From an uncultured Muribaculaceae bacterium (GTDB lineage: Bacteria; Cyanobacteriota; Vampirovibrionia; Gastranaerophilales; Gastranaerophilaceae), in contig CAZHCP010000002.1 of assembly GCA_964531015.1 (NCBI GenBank), positions 1 to 47,938 on the forward strand: DNA of 47,938 bases. The letters run 5' to 3'. The notes beneath the pieces were generated by a model. The model worked only from the letters and a program-made list of their open reading frames with translations, was not told where the DNA came from and searched no databases. A program made the translations under genes and the position numbers. Below, one piece after another: positions 17,773 through 28,359 of this stretch (positions are counted from its first letter, which is position 1; every line of letters starts with the position of its first letter).

Positions 17773-19134
17773 ATGTTTGATACACTTTCGGAAAAATTAC
17801 GTGAAATAATAAAAAAGACTTCGGGAAATGCAACGTTAACCGAAGAAAACATGACAGAAGCATTGAGAGAAATAAGAAGAGCCTTGCTTGATGCGGATGT
17901 CAGCTTAAAAGTTGTTAAAATTTTTATGACTTCGTTGAAAGAAAAAGCACTCGGCGAAGATGTAATAAAGGGTGTTAATCCTTCTCAACAGCTAGTTAAA
18001 ATAGTACATGACGAACTTGTAAACATTTTGGGGAACGAAAATAAACCGCTTGATTTAAGCGGACATCCTTCACTTATTATGATGTTGGGCTTACAGGGTT
18101 CGGGTAAAACGACATCAAGTGCAAAACTTGCCGTAAAATTGAAAAAAGAAGGTAAAAATCCGCTTTTGGTTGCCGCAGATATATACAGACCGGCAGCAAT
18201 AAGCCAGTTAAAAACATTGGGTGAACAAATACAAACGGAAGTCTTTTCGCTTGATAATGCGTCAAATGTTCCCGAAATTGTCGGAAAATCAATAGAATAT
18301 GCGAAAGAAAACGGATATAACGCAGTAATTATTGATACGGCGGGACGTTTGCAAATAGATAACGAAATGATGGCGGAATTAATGCTTATTGACAGAGCAT
18401 ATAAACCGCAGGAAAAATTATTGGTAATAGATTCCATGCTGGGTCAACAGGCTGTAAGCGTTGCGGAAAACTTTAATGCACAGCTTGAAATAACGGGTAT
18501 TGTTTTAACGAAATTGGACGGCGATTCACGTGGAGGTGCGGCACTCAGCGTGGTATATTCTTCCGGCAAACCGATTAAGTTAACGGGTACGGGAGAAAAG
18601 ACGGAAGCTCTTAACGATTTTCACCCTTCACGAATGGCGGACAGAATACTAGGAATGGGTGATATCGTCAGTTTGGTTGAAAAAGCTCAGGAAGTTTTTG
18701 ATGAAGAGCAGGCAAAAGAGTTTGAAAAGAAAATGGCAAAAGCCGAATTTTCATACAATGATTTCCTTAAAATGCAAAAACAAATGAGCATGTTCGGTTC
18801 GATAGATAACATTTTGGGTATGTTGCCGATACCGGGTCTTAATAAAGAAACAAAAGAAAATATTGCCTCCGAAGGTGAAAAACAAATTAAAAAGATAGAA
18901 TCTTTTATTTCGAGTATGACTCCCGCCGAGAGAGAAAATCCGTCGTTGATGAATACATCAAGAAAAAAAAGAATAGCAAAAGGTTCCGGCATTCCTTTGC
19001 ATGAGGTTAATCAAATAATTACGCAATTTGACCAAATGCGTCAAATGATGAAAGGTATGTCAACAATAAAAGAAAAAATGAAAAAAGGGAAACTGAAAAT
19101 TCCAAAGAATTTCAGGAACGGATTTCCGTTTTAA
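17773..19134 (+). CDS. ffh: signal recognition particle protein Ffh
   Basis: MFDTLSEKL...LTEENMTEALREIRRALLDADV, GLQGSGKTTSSAKLA, DTAGRL, TKLDGDSRGGAALS and a Met-rich M domain. Confidence 0.97.
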   Translation: MFDTLSEKLREIIKKTSGNATLTEENMTEALREIRRALLDADVSLKVVKIFMTSLKEKALGEDVIKGVNPSQQLVKIVHDELVNILGNENKPLDLSGHPSLIMMLGLQGSGKTTSSAKLAVKLKKEGKNPLLVAADIYRPAAISQLKTLGEQIQTEVFSLDNASNVPEIVGKSIEYAKENGYNAVIIDTAGRLQIDNEMMAELMLIDRAYKPQEKLLVIDSMLGQQAVSVAENFNAQLEITGIVLTKLDGDSRGGAALSVVYSSGKPIKLTGTGEKTEALNDFHPSRMADRILGMGDIVSLVEKAQEVFDEEQAKEFEKKMAKAEFSYNDFLKMQKQMSMFGSIDNILGMLPIPGLNKETKENIASEGEKQIKKIESFISSMTPAERENPSLMNTSRKKRIAKGSGIPLHEVNQIITQFDQMRQMMKGMSTIKEKMKKGKLKIPKNFRNGFPF

Positions 19135-19157
19135 AGTGAAAAAGAGAGTGGGGAAAA

Positions 19158-20204
19158 ATGATAATAATAATGGAGCCGTCGGCAACAAAAGAACAAATTG
19201 ATGTTGTTGTAAAGGCACTTGAAAATAAAGGATTTTCAACCGTATTAAATACGGGTGACGTAATGACGGTTATTGCCGCAATCGGAGATAAAAGACTTAT
19301 AGAACCTCATTCTTTTCAATCTTATGAAGGCGTAAGAAGTGTAAAAATCATACAAGAACCGTATAAACTCGCTTCAAGAGAAGGGAAACAGGAAGATACG
19401 GTAATTGAATTTTCAAACGGAGTAAGAATCGGAGGTTTGGAAAAACCGGTGTTAATGGTCGGGCCGTGTTGCGTTGAAAAAGATATTGACGGATTATTAA
19501 GAGTTGCCGATGCTGCAAAAGAAATGGGTTGCCAATTTTTAAGAGGAGGAGCTTTTAAACCGAGAACATCGCCTTATGATTTTCAGGGATTGGAAGAAAA
19601 GGCACTCGAATATCTTGCAATAGCAAGAGAACGCACGGGATTGTTAATCGTAACCGAATTAATGGATACAATGGATATAGATTTGGTTTGTAATTATGCC
19701 GATGTAATTCAAATCGGTGCAAGAAACATGCAAAACTTTAAATTGTTAAAAGCAGTCGGGAAGTGTGATAAACCGGTAATCTTAAAAAGAGGTGCGGCGG
19801 CTACTATAAGAGAATTTTTGCTTGCAGCGGAACACATAATGTACCACGGAAACGATAAAGTAATTTTGTGCGAAAGAGGAATAAAAGGCGTAGATAACAC
19901 GGCGACAAGAAATACGTTGGATATTGCGGCAATACCCGTTATTAAGAAATATTCACATTTGCCGGTAATTGTAGACCCCAGCCACGGTACGGGAAGAAGA
20001 TATTTGATAGAACCCATGGCAAAAGCAGGGTTGATAGTCGGTGCAAACGGTGTTATGATGGAAGTACACCACGACCCTGAAAATGCATCTTCCGACGGAG
20101 CTCAAAGTTTAAATACAGATATGTTTAAAGATGTTGCAAAACGCTTAAACAAATTAATCGGAAGAATAGATTACGACAATAAGCACAGTATGAATAAGGC
20201 ATAA
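19158..20204 (+). CDS. aroF: 3-deoxy-7-phosphoheptulonate (DAHP) synthase, type I-beta with N-terminal ACT/ferredoxin-like regulatory domain
   Basis: GPCCVE, LRGGAFKPRTSPYDFQGL, IGARNMQNF and DPSHG motifs. RBS is GAGAGTGGGGA. Confidence 0.92.
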   Translation: MIIIMEPSATKEQIDVVVKALENKGFSTVLNTGDVMTVIAAIGDKRLIEPHSFQSYEGVRSVKIIQEPYKLASREGKQEDTVIEFSNGVRIGGLEKPVLMVGPCCVEKDIDGLLRVADAAKEMGCQFLRGGAFKPRTSPYDFQGLEEKALEYLAIARERTGLLIVTELMDTMDIDLVCNYADVIQIGARNMQNFKLLKAVGKCDKPVILKRGAAATIREFLLAAEHIMYHGNDKVILCERGIKGVDNTATRNTLDIAAIPVIKKYSHLPVIVDPSHGTGRRYLIEPMAKAGLIVGANGVMMEVHHDPENASSDGAQSLNTDMFKDVAKRLNKLIGRIDYDNKHSMNKA

Positions 20205-20207
20205 AAA

Positions 20208-22502
20208 TTGTATAAATTTGATTTTATACCCGATGAATTTCAAAAAGAAGCTTTTGATTTTATAGACAAATCAAAAAGTGTGGTCGTTTGTGCTCCGACG
20301 GGTGCAGGAAAAACCTGTATAGCGGAACACGCTATTCAACGGGCATTGGAAGAAAATACAAGATTGTTTTATACAACACCTTTAAAAGCATTGTCCAATC
20401 AAAAGTTTTATGATTTCGGAAGAAAGTACGGTGAAGGCAATGTGGGCTTGCTGACGGGGGATACGTCAATAAACAGAGAAGCTCCGATTGTAGTTATGAC
20501 AACGGAAGTTTTCAGAAATATGCTTTATAATACAAACTTCGGTTCGACAAAAGATAACCTTCGTGACGTTAAATATGTTGTTCTTGATGAAGTTCATTAT
20601 ATGAATGACGAACAAAGAGGAACGGTTTGGGAAGAAAGTATTATATATTGCCCGAGAAACATACAAATTATTGCGTTGAGTGCAACGGTTGCAAATTCAA
20701 AACAGTTGTGTGATTGGATAAATACGGTACATTCCGGAACCGAACATGTTTATACGGATTTCAGACCTGTTCCGTTAAGACATTATTATTTTGATTCTTC
20801 AAGACCGAAGGAAATTTTGCCGTTATTAACACCCGACGGAAGAATTAACAGAAAAATACGCCCCGAAAAAAAGATGAATTTGCACTCACGTGAAGCCAAA
20901 AAAAGAAATAACGTGAAAGACGTAATAAACGTATTACATGAAAAAGAAATGTTGCCGGCAATATTTTTCACGTTTTCAAGAAAAAAATGTGATGAAAATA
21001 TGGAAAAATGTTCCGAAATCAATTTGATAACGGATGAGGAAGCAAAACGAATAAGAAAAGAAATTGCCGAATTTTTAAAAGAACATACGTATTTGGAAAA
21101 CAATAAAAATTTGCAATATTTGTATAACGGAGTTGCTTCACATCATGCGGGGTTGTTGCCGGCATGGAAACTGCTTGTTGAAAGATTGTTTCAACAAGGG
21201 CTGATAAAGGTGGTTTTTGCCACGGAAACATTGGCGGCGGGGATAAACATGCCTGCACGAACAACGGTTATTTCGGCAATAAGCAAACGTACGGATTCGG
21301 GACACAGGATGTTAACGGCAAATGAATTTTTGCAAATGTCGGGACGTGCCGGAAGAAGAGGAATGGATAAAATCGGCTATGTTGTTGTAATGGGAACACA
21401 ATTCCAAAGCCCCGAAGAAGTTGCGGAACTTGTAAAAAGTTCGTCCAATCCGTTGGAAAGCCAATTTTCACCGAGCTATTCAATGGTTTTAAATTTGTTG
21501 CAGAATTTGGAATTAGAGCAGGCTAAGGAATTAATTTTAAAAAGTTTCGGATATTATTCGTCAAACGACAGATTAAAACCGATAATTCAGCAACAAATAA
21601 CATGCGAACAGACTCTTGCAAAATTAAGGAATGAAAAATGTCCGCACGGCTTGTCAAATGGTGATTTTATCGAATTTAATAAAATTAAAGAGAAATATAT
21701 TGTATATCGCAAACTTACGAGAACATTGCAAAAACAAGCAAAACAAAAGGGTAATAAAAATGCCCCCGAGGTAATCGAATACGAAAATCAAACAAAAGAA
21801 TTAAGAGATAAACTTCAAAAATATAACTGCGAAACGTGCAGAAGTTATAAAAAACATATTAAAAATTTGGAAATTATAAGCCGATATGAAAAGCGGTATA
21901 AAGAAGTTTGTAAAAACATAGAAAAGCAAAAAGATATCTATTGGAACAGATTTTTGGCACATAAAGAAATATTGGAAAGAGCAGGATATATAGAAAACGG
22001 CAACCCGACGGAAGCAGGAGTAACCTGTTCAATGGTAAGAGCGGAAAATGAATTGTTTTTGTCCGAAATAATTTTAAGAGGAATTTTGGACGAATTACAA
22101 CCTTATGAACTTGCTTCGGTTATATGTGCATTGGTTACGGAAGATTTAAGAACGGATGTTTATCCTAATCAACCGATAAGCAGAAATACAAGAAAAGCAT
22201 TAAACAGAATAAAAGAAGTCAGAAAAAAAATTGCAATATTGCAGAGAGATTATGACATAAATACGGAAATGTACATAAATTCTTATTATTCGCCCTTAAT
22301 GGAACAGTGGGTTATGGGAACACCATGGGAAGATATATCAAAGCAGGTTGATTCCTCGGAAGGTGATATTGTAAGAATTTTTAAAAGAACGGTTGATGTG
22401 TTAAGACAGTTAACAATATTACCGAATTTAAGCGAAGATTTAAAACAAAATGCAAAAGCTGCAATAACGGGAATATTAAAAGAACCGGTTGACGTTGATT
22501 AA
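20208..22502 (+). CDS. Ski2/HelY-like DEAD/DEAH-box RNA helicase
   Basis: TTG start. Motifs are CAPTGAGKT, DEVHY, SATV, HHAGL, TETLAAGINMPART and QMSGRAGRRG, with a C-terminal DSHCT-like region. Confidence 0.85.
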   Translation: MYKFDFIPDEFQKEAFDFIDKSKSVVVCAPTGAGKTCIAEHAIQRALEENTRLFYTTPLKALSNQKFYDFGRKYGEGNVGLLTGDTSINREAPIVVMTTEVFRNMLYNTNFGSTKDNLRDVKYVVLDEVHYMNDEQRGTVWEESIIYCPRNIQIIALSATVANSKQLCDWINTVHSGTEHVYTDFRPVPLRHYYFDSSRPKEILPLLTPDGRINRKIRPEKKMNLHSREAKKRNNVKDVINVLHEKEMLPAIFFTFSRKKCDENMEKCSEINLITDEEAKRIRKEIAEFLKEHTYLENNKNLQYLYNGVASHHAGLLPAWKLLVERLFQQGLIKVVFATETLAAGINMPARTTVISAISKRTDSGHRMLTANEFLQMSGRAGRRGMDKIGYVVVMGTQFQSPEEVAELVKSSSNPLESQFSPSYSMVLNLLQNLELEQAKELILKSFGYYSSNDRLKPIIQQQITCEQTLAKLRNEKCPHGLSNGDFIEFNKIKEKYIVYRKLTRTLQKQAKQKGNKNAPEVIEYENQTKELRDKLQKYNCETCRSYKKHIKNLEIISRYEKRYKEVCKNIEKQKDIYWNRFLAHKEILERAGYIENGNPTEAGVTCSMVRAENELFLSEIILRGILDELQPYELASVICALVTEDLRTDVYPNQPISRNTRKALNRIKEVRKKIAILQRDYDINTEMYINSYYSPLMEQWVMGTPWEDISKQVDSSEGDIVRIFKRTVDVLRQLTILPNLSEDLKQNAKAAITGILKEPVDVD

Positions 22503-22603
22503 CGAAATATTAAGTTTATTTTTAGGCAAAGAATATTTTGTTTGCGTTTTTATACATATATAAACAAGTACCTGTATAAAAATTAAAATAACGGGAGTCA
22601 GCC

Positions 22604-24094
22604 ATGAAAATATTTAATAACGTAAATATAGATTTTTGCCGTGTGTTTAAGTCTGAAAATAAAAATGAAAAAGCTGCAAATTCCAATAAAAGAACAATCA
22701 GCGAAAACGATTATAAATTGTATTCAAATTCAATAGCTGTAATAAATAAAAGCCGAATTATGTTTGGGGCGAATAAAGAGCTTGAAAAGCATAAAGATGA
22801 AATAATAAATTTATACATTAATGAAAATATGATGCAAGATGATATTGCGAAAAAATATTTCTTTTCAAAAGGTACAATAAGTTTGGCATTAAGGGAATGG
22901 GGAATTAAAAAGAACGTTAAAGGTGATATATTAAGAGCAAATAAGGAAGATATAATAAATTTATACAGACAAGAAAAGCTCACAATGAAAGAAATTGCAA
23001 AAAAATATAATTGTTCGAACAGACTGTTGGAAAAGCAATTTAAAGATTGGGAAGTTGCAACCTTTTTGGATAAAACGGAAGGTAAAGAAGAAGAAATATT
23101 GAATTTATATAATAATGAGAAATTAACAATAAAAGAAATTTCCCAAAAATACGACTGCACTTGTTTTTTAATAGAAAAAATTATTAATACGGCGAAAGCT
23201 GAGGCGAATAATAAATTTTCGCAAGCCGATAAAGAAAATATTATAAAATTATATACGGAAGATAAGTTAAACCAAGACCAAATTGCCGAGAAATTCGATT
23301 GCAATAAATTTTTAATAAGTAAAATATTGAAAGATGCGGGTATTACACTTCGTACAAAAGTTTCAAAATATGAACAATATAAGGACGAAATGGTTAAACT
23401 GTATTCAGTTGATAAATTAACGCAAAAACAAATTGCCGAAAAATTTAATTGTTCGCAGTATGTTGTTTTTACTGCATTAAAAGAAGCAAACGTTAAGCCA
23501 AATAAGGAAGAACAAAAATTAACAAATTATAAAGATGAAATTATAAAATTACATTGTGAAAAAGGATATTCTCAAAAGGAAATCGCCGAAAAATACGGTT
23601 GTTCACAAGTTTCCGTCAGTTTAATATTGTCAGGAGAAAATGCAAATAAGAGAGGCATAAAATTAGAAGAGTACAATGACGAAATTAAAAAATTATATTT
23701 AACCGATAATCTTTCGGTTGAAGAAATTGCGGAGAAATTTGATTGTGCGGTTTCTTACGTAAAATTAGTATTGAGGAAAGCACATTATATTTCTGCCGAA
23801 AGAACTTCAAAAGTTGATAAATATGCCGAAGAAATAAAAAATATGTATTTGAATGAAAAATTAGAAATCAAAGAAATTGCCGATAAACTGGGGTTTTCAT
23901 CCGGTACAATAACAAGAAAAGTAAGTGAGTACGGTCTTTGTAACAGAACGAGAGAACTTGATTTAGAGAAATATAAAGATGAAATAATAAGTATGCGGGC
24001 AGAGGGATGTACATATAAAGAAATTGCAAAAAAAGTCGATTGTTCGGAAAGTGCTATACGTACCATTCTTATAAAGTGGGGGGGTGCATTTTAA
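22604..24094 (+). CDS. leader-family protein carrying nine tandem ~48-aa helix-turn-helix repeats
   Basis: Leader is MKIFNNVNIDF...SRIMFGA. Nine units have the consensus YKDEIIxLYxxEKLTxKEIAEKFxCSxxxVxxxLK (from about 22781 to 24091). Confidence 0.75.
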   Translation: MKIFNNVNIDFCRVFKSENKNEKAANSNKRTISENDYKLYSNSIAVINKSRIMFGANKELEKHKDEIINLYINENMMQDDIAKKYFFSKGTISLALREWGIKKNVKGDILRANKEDIINLYRQEKLTMKEIAKKYNCSNRLLEKQFKDWEVATFLDKTEGKEEEILNLYNNEKLTIKEISQKYDCTCFLIEKIINTAKAEANNKFSQADKENIIKLYTEDKLNQDQIAEKFDCNKFLISKILKDAGITLRTKVSKYEQYKDEMVKLYSVDKLTQKQIAEKFNCSQYVVFTALKEANVKPNKEEQKLTNYKDEIIKLHCEKGYSQKEIAEKYGCSQVSVSLILSGENANKRGIKLEEYNDEIKKLYLTDNLSVEEIAEKFDCAVSYVKLVLRKAHYISAERTSKVDKYAEEIKNMYLNEKLEIKEIADKLGFSSGTITRKVSEYGLCNRTRELDLEKYKDEIISMRAEGCTYKEIAKKVDCSESAIRTILIKWGGAF

Positions 24095-24980
24095 AATTAT
24101 AATTTATTATATTACTTTTTTTCTTTTCGATTTCTTCAATTTTTGACAGTAATTCGCAAGGGTGTGTGGCGAAAATTATTTCACAGTGATTTTTACAAGC
24201 GGGTTTTATCTTTTTTTCGCGTATAGTGTTATCATCAATTTCGTTGGTATTTTCGCTTATGTTTTCATCTTCAATTTTATCCGGCATATTTACCGTTTTG
24301 ATATCTGCATTTTCGTTGCAAATCATTCCGCCGGCTTCCCCTAAAATTTTATTGCGGGTTTCAATAATTTTATTATCCGCATTGCCGGATTTTTTCAATT
24401 CTTCTCGTGTTCGATAGCCCCACAAAACGCTGATACATTCAACTCCCGCATTTTTTGCGGTTTCAATGTCCACTTCGGAATCCCCTATATATACCGTATT
24501 TTCGATTTTTCCTCCGACAACAGCCAACGCCTTATATATTCCTCTCGGGTCAGGTTTTTTCCTGATTTCGCCGTTTTCTCCGATTGCAAAATCGATTAAA
24601 TCCGCAAAATATTTTTCGCACAATTCTTTTACCGCAACATCATATTTATTTGACACCACGCATATTTTACGTCCGGACTTTTTAAATTTTTTCAATTCTT
24701 CGATTATTCCTTCATAAACGTAAGTCCCGTTTGTAATATTTTCTTCATAATATTTCTTAAAAACTTCCGTTATTTCCGCCAACCTGTTTTCATCAACTTC
24801 AGGGGGTAAACATCTTTGAATTGCCTTTTTTACTCCGTTGCCTATAAATGCCTTTATTTCTTCTTCTCTGCGTTTCGGGTAGCCGAATTTACTTATTGCA
24901 AAATTAAATGCCTCGCATAAACCGCTTAAAGTGTTAAGCAGTGTTCCGTCCAAGTCGAAAATAATTATATCCTTTTTCAT
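24069..24980 (-). CDS. HAD-superfamily phosphatase (phosphoglycolate phosphatase-like) with ~85-aa C-terminal extension
   Basis: IIFDLDGTLLNT, VVSNK and GDSEVDIETAKNAG motifs. The 3' end overlaps the convergent gene by 26 nt. Confidence 0.8.
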   Translation of the reverse strand: MKKDIIIFDLDGTLLNTLSGLCEAFNFAISKFGYPKRREEEIKAFIGNGVKKAIQRCLPPEVDENRLAEITEVFKKYYEENITNGTYVYEGIIEELKKFKKSGRKICVVSNKYDVAVKELCEKYFADLIDFAIGENGEIRKKPDPRGIYKALAVVGGKIENTVYIGDSEVDIETAKNAGVECISVLWGYRTREELKKSGNADNKIIETRNKILGEAGGMICNENADIKTVNMPDKIEDENISENTNEIDDNTIREKKIKPACKNHCEIIFATHPCELLSKIEEIEKKKSNIINYNFKMHPPTL

Positions 24981-25034
24981 TGTTTTAATATATCATATAA
25001 ATATATACTTTTAAAGTTTAGGTTAGGGGAATAA

Positions 25035-26606
25035 ATGAATACGGAAAACGAGAATATAATAATTATAGGGGCAGGGCCGGCAGGACTCGGCTGTGCATAT
25101 TATTTATTAAAAAACACGGACTTTAAACCGATTATAATTGAAGAATCACAATATATCGGCGGAATTTCAAGAACGCATAATCATAACGGCAATCGAATGG
25201 ATTTAGGCGGTCACAGGTTCTTTTCAAAAAATGACGAAGTTATGAATTTATGGACGGAAATTTTCCCCGTTCAGGAATTGCCCTCAAAAGACCAAATTTT
25301 ATTGGCGGATGATGAAACAAAACGTCAATGGGAAAACAAAACGGGTGTTGATCCCGAAAAAACCGATGAGGTTTTACTTAAACGAAACAGGTTATCCCGC
25401 ATATATTTCTTAAAAAAATTCTTTGATTATCCGATTAGTTTTAAATTGGAAACTTTTTTAAACATGGGATTTTTTAACGTATTAACAGCAGGTTTCGGTT
25501 ATATTTATGCCTGTTTTAAAAAAAGGAAAGAAAATTCGCTTGAAGATTTTTACATTAATCGTTTCGGAGTTCCTTTATATCAAATGTTTTTTGAGGATTA
25601 CACATGCAAATTGTGGGGAATTCACCCTTCAAAAATTGCACCCGATTGGGGGGCTCAACGTGTAAAAGGGCTTTCGTTATGCGGTGTTTTAAAGAATTGT
25701 TTATTAAAGCCGTTTATAAAGAAAGGCGAAGTTGAAACTTCTTTAATTGAAGAATTTTTATACCCGAAAAAAGGTCCCGGGCAATTATACGAAGAAATGG
25801 CAAAGAAAATTCAAGAACTCGGCGGAAGTATTATTTTAAACAATTCGGTTATTCAATTGAATTTTGACAAGGACAAAATAACCTCGGTTAAAACCCGTGA
25901 TAATGAAGGTATTGAACACACATTCAATGCCGGTGCCGTATTTTCTTCCATGCCGGTCAAAGATTTGGTTTTGGCTTTCAACAAAGAAATTGACAACGAG
26001 GTAAAAGACATTGCCAAAAACCTGCCGTATCGTGATTTTATGACGGTCGGTTTATTGGTTGATAAGTTTGCAATAAAGAACAAATCAAAATATAAAACCG
26101 TTTCAAACATTATTCCGGATTGTTGGATATATATACAGGAGCGAAACGTAAAGCTCGGAAGGTTGCAAATTTTCAACAACTGGTCACCGTATATGGTTAA
26201 AGACCTTGAAAACAGTGTTTGGATAGGGCTTGAATATTTTTGTTCCGAAGGGGATGAAATGTGGACGATGAAAGATGAAGATTTTATTGCAATGGCGTCC
26301 GGAGAACTTGAAAAAATCGGAATTATAAATCAAAAAGATATAAAAGATTCGACGTTAATAAGAGTTAAGAAAGCATATCCGGCTTATTTCGGTTCTTATA
26401 AAGATTTTGACAAAGTCAGAAACTTTTTGAACACGATACCGAATTTGTACTGTATCGGAAGAAACGGTCAGCACAGATATAACAACATGGATCACTCTAT
26501 TTTAACCGGGCTTGAAGCGGCAAGAGCTTATATTTCAGGCAATGGCAAAGAAGAGATTTGGAAGGTAAATGCGGAAAATGAATATCACGAAGCTAAAAAA
26601 TCATAG
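25035..26606 (+). CDS. NAD(P)/FAD-dependent oxidoreductase (amine-oxidase/UGM-like fold)
   Basis: Rossmann motif [17 protein letters not shown], then GGISRT...[13 protein letters not shown]. Confidence 0.8.
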   Translation: MNTENENIIIIGAGPAGLGCAYYLLKNTDFKPIIIEESQYIGGISRTHNHNGNRMDLGGHRFFSKNDEVMNLWTEIFPVQELPSKDQILLADDETKRQWENKTGVDPEKTDEVLLKRNRLSRIYFLKKFFDYPISFKLETFLNMGFFNVLTAGFGYIYACFKKRKENSLEDFYINRFGVPLYQMFFEDYTCKLWGIHPSKIAPDWGAQRVKGLSLCGVLKNCLLKPFIKKGEVETSLIEEFLYPKKGPGQLYEEMAKKIQELGGSIILNNSVIQLNFDKDKITSVKTRDNEGIEHTFNAGAVFSSMPVKDLVLAFNKEIDNEVKDIAKNLPYRDFMTVGLLVDKFAIKNKSKYKTVSNIIPDCWIYIQERNVKLGRLQIFNNWSPYMVKDLENSVWIGLEYFCSEGDEMWTMKDEDFIAMASGELEKIGIINQKDIKDSTLIRVKKAYPAYFGSYKDFDKVRNFLNTIPNLYCIGRNGQHRYNNMDHSILTGLEAARAYISGNGKEEIWKVNAENEYHEAKKS

Positions 26607-28305
26607 CAAAGAATTAACCGTTTTTTTGATATTTTGTTGTTTGGCAATAACGGTTTCGGCATTTCATGAACCTTGGTTTGATGAATTTCAGGCTTGGGCA
26701 ATATCAAAAGATTCATTATATAACATTCTTTTTGTTTATCCCCACTATGAAGGTCATTCGCCGTTGTGGCATTTGATATTGAAATGTTTTTCTTATTTTA
26801 ATGTTAATGCGGAATTAACATTAAAAATCCCGAATTTATTATTTATGATATCGGCGGTGGCATTGTTAATTTTTAAATCACCGTTTCCGAATATCGTAAA
26901 ATTTTCACTGCCGTTTACATATTTTATTTTTTATCAATTTTCGGCAATTTCAAGACCGTATTGTATTTTTGTTTTTGCATTGTTTCTTTGTGCAACTCTT
27001 TACAAAAACAGGAACTCAAATCCGTTTAAATTCGTGTCGGCATTGGTTTTACTCGGGTTGTCGTGTGCGTACGGAATGATTGTAGCAACGGGAATTATTT
27101 TAGCTTGGTTAATTGAAATTTTTAAGGAATATTCCTTAAATTTTGTATCTTTTGTAAAATCGTTTGTTAAAGATAAACGATTTTTTTCAATGCTGATTAT
27201 TTTCTTTTGCTTTCTCCTGCTGTCATTGTTACTTATTCCGTATAATCACGTATATGTGTTATCGGCTCCGATTAAAACTGATTATTGGGTAAAATCTTTA
27301 TATTCGTTTTTTGGTTTAGTCGCCGATGCAACTTTCTTTGATTTTTATAATTATAAAAATAACAATGATATTTTTTGGGTTGATATATTTTCTTTCTTAA
27401 AATTTTATTCAAACAATCCGAGTTCAAATGCTTTTGTTTTTAAATTTTGGTCTGCATTTGCAATCGGTTTTTTAGTAAATTCTTTATTGATTTACACTTT
27501 TTATAAAGCAAAAAAACTCACGTTGTTTCTTATTCCGTGGTTAATGTTTGCTTTATTTTGTGCGGTGTTATATATTACCTGTCATCATATAGGTTTGTAT
27601 TTTTGCCTGCTTATATTTATGTTTTGGTGTCTTGCTGCGGAAAATATAAATCCGTTTAACAACAAATTCATAAAGCCGGTAATTATTTTTACGATTATCG
27701 TCCAAATACTGTGGAGTTCGGGTTCTTTTTTGCTTGAATTGTACCTCCCTTATGACAGTTCGAGATACCTTGCAAAATATATTAAAACATATCATCTTGA
27801 TAAATATAAAATCATGACATTTTGGGCGGCAAATGAATATGTGGTAAGCCGTGAAAAAAATAAAGTCGTACTCGGTCAAAAAGTTAATTCACAGGAAGAT
27901 TACAAAAACTTTCTTAAAAATTACAAAATAGTTTCAAATCTTAATTTAATGTTGCAATGGGAACCGGTAAGCATTAACCCTTATTTCAACAAAAATATTT
28001 TCTATATTTTTAATCTTCACAGACCCGGAAATTTAGCCATTAAGCATTTAAGTTTTTCACCCGAAGAAAATCTTGAATACAAATATAAAATTCAAAATTT
28101 GGGTTTACCCGATATTATAATAGGAAGAGCCGATATTGATTTAATTTTTGACAATCTGCCCGAGAAACCTTCAAAAAACTATATCGGTGTTAAAAATTTC
28201 CCGAAAAATTTTATTTTCAAATCGACTTTTAAAAACGGGGATTTAGTTTTATATATGATGCAAGATTTATACAACAACCTAAAATCAAACAATATGATTG
28301 AATAA
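26569..28305 (+). CDS. polytopic membrane protein, probably a GT-C-fold (ArnT/PMT-like) glycosyltransferase
   Basis: More than 10 hydrophobic segments. The first-loop acidic motif is [11 protein letters not shown]. It overlaps the upstream oxidoreductase gene; the start could instead be 26578. Confidence 0.55.
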   Translation: MRKMNITKLKNHSKELTVFLIFCCLAITVSAFHEPWFDEFQAWAISKDSLYNILFVYPHYEGHSPLWHLILKCFSYFNVNAELTLKIPNLLFMISAVALLIFKSPFPNIVKFSLPFTYFIFYQFSAISRPYCIFVFALFLCATLYKNRNSNPFKFVSALVLLGLSCAYGMIVATGIILAWLIEIFKEYSLNFVSFVKSFVKDKRFFSMLIIFFCFLLLSLLLIPYNHVYVLSAPIKTDYWVKSLYSFFGLVADATFFDFYNYKNNNDIFWVDIFSFLKFYSNNPSSNAFVFKFWSAFAIGFLVNSLLIYTFYKAKKLTLFLIPWLMFALFCAVLYITCHHIGLYFCLLIFMFWCLAAENINPFNNKFIKPVIIFTIIVQILWSSGSFLLELYLPYDSSRYLAKYIKTYHLDKYKIMTFWAANEYVVSREKNKVVLGQKVNSQEDYKNFLKNYKIVSNLNLMLQWEPVSINPYFNKNIFYIFNLHRPGNLAIKHLSFSPEENLEYKYKIQNLGLPDIIIGRADIDLIFDNLPEKPSKNYIGVKNFPKNFIFKSTFKNGDLVLYMMQDLYNNLKSNNMIE

Positions 28306-28313
28306 ATAAAAAA

Positions 28314-28339
28314 AAGAGGAATTAATTAAAATTCCTCTT
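28314..28339. terminator. bidirectional rho-independent terminator between convergent genes
   Basis: Perfect 10-bp stem AAGAGGAATT / AATTCCTCTT with a 6-nt loop, flanked by an A-run upstream and a T-run downstream. Confidence 0.75.
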
Positions 28340-28359
28340 TTTTATTTGCTTTTGTTAAA

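Noticed and set aside
22711-23304. Long antisense ORFs in the six-frame track. Examples are 22711-23304, 17985-18437, 31803-32354, 32716-33112, 13254-13562, 16285-16686 and 45617-45856.
   Set aside because: Each lies entirely opposite, or out of frame within, a gene with clear family motifs. Their translations are low-complexity (F/L/I/S-rich), and I found no RBS. They are shadow ORFs typical of AT-rich coding DNA.
24069-24094. 26-nt tail-to-tail overlap of the HTH-array gene and the HAD phosphatase gene, considered as a sign of frameshift or pseudogenisation.
   Set aside because: Both ORFs are intact through recognisable domains. The overlap involves only the last few codons of each. Convergent overlaps of this size occur in compact genomes.
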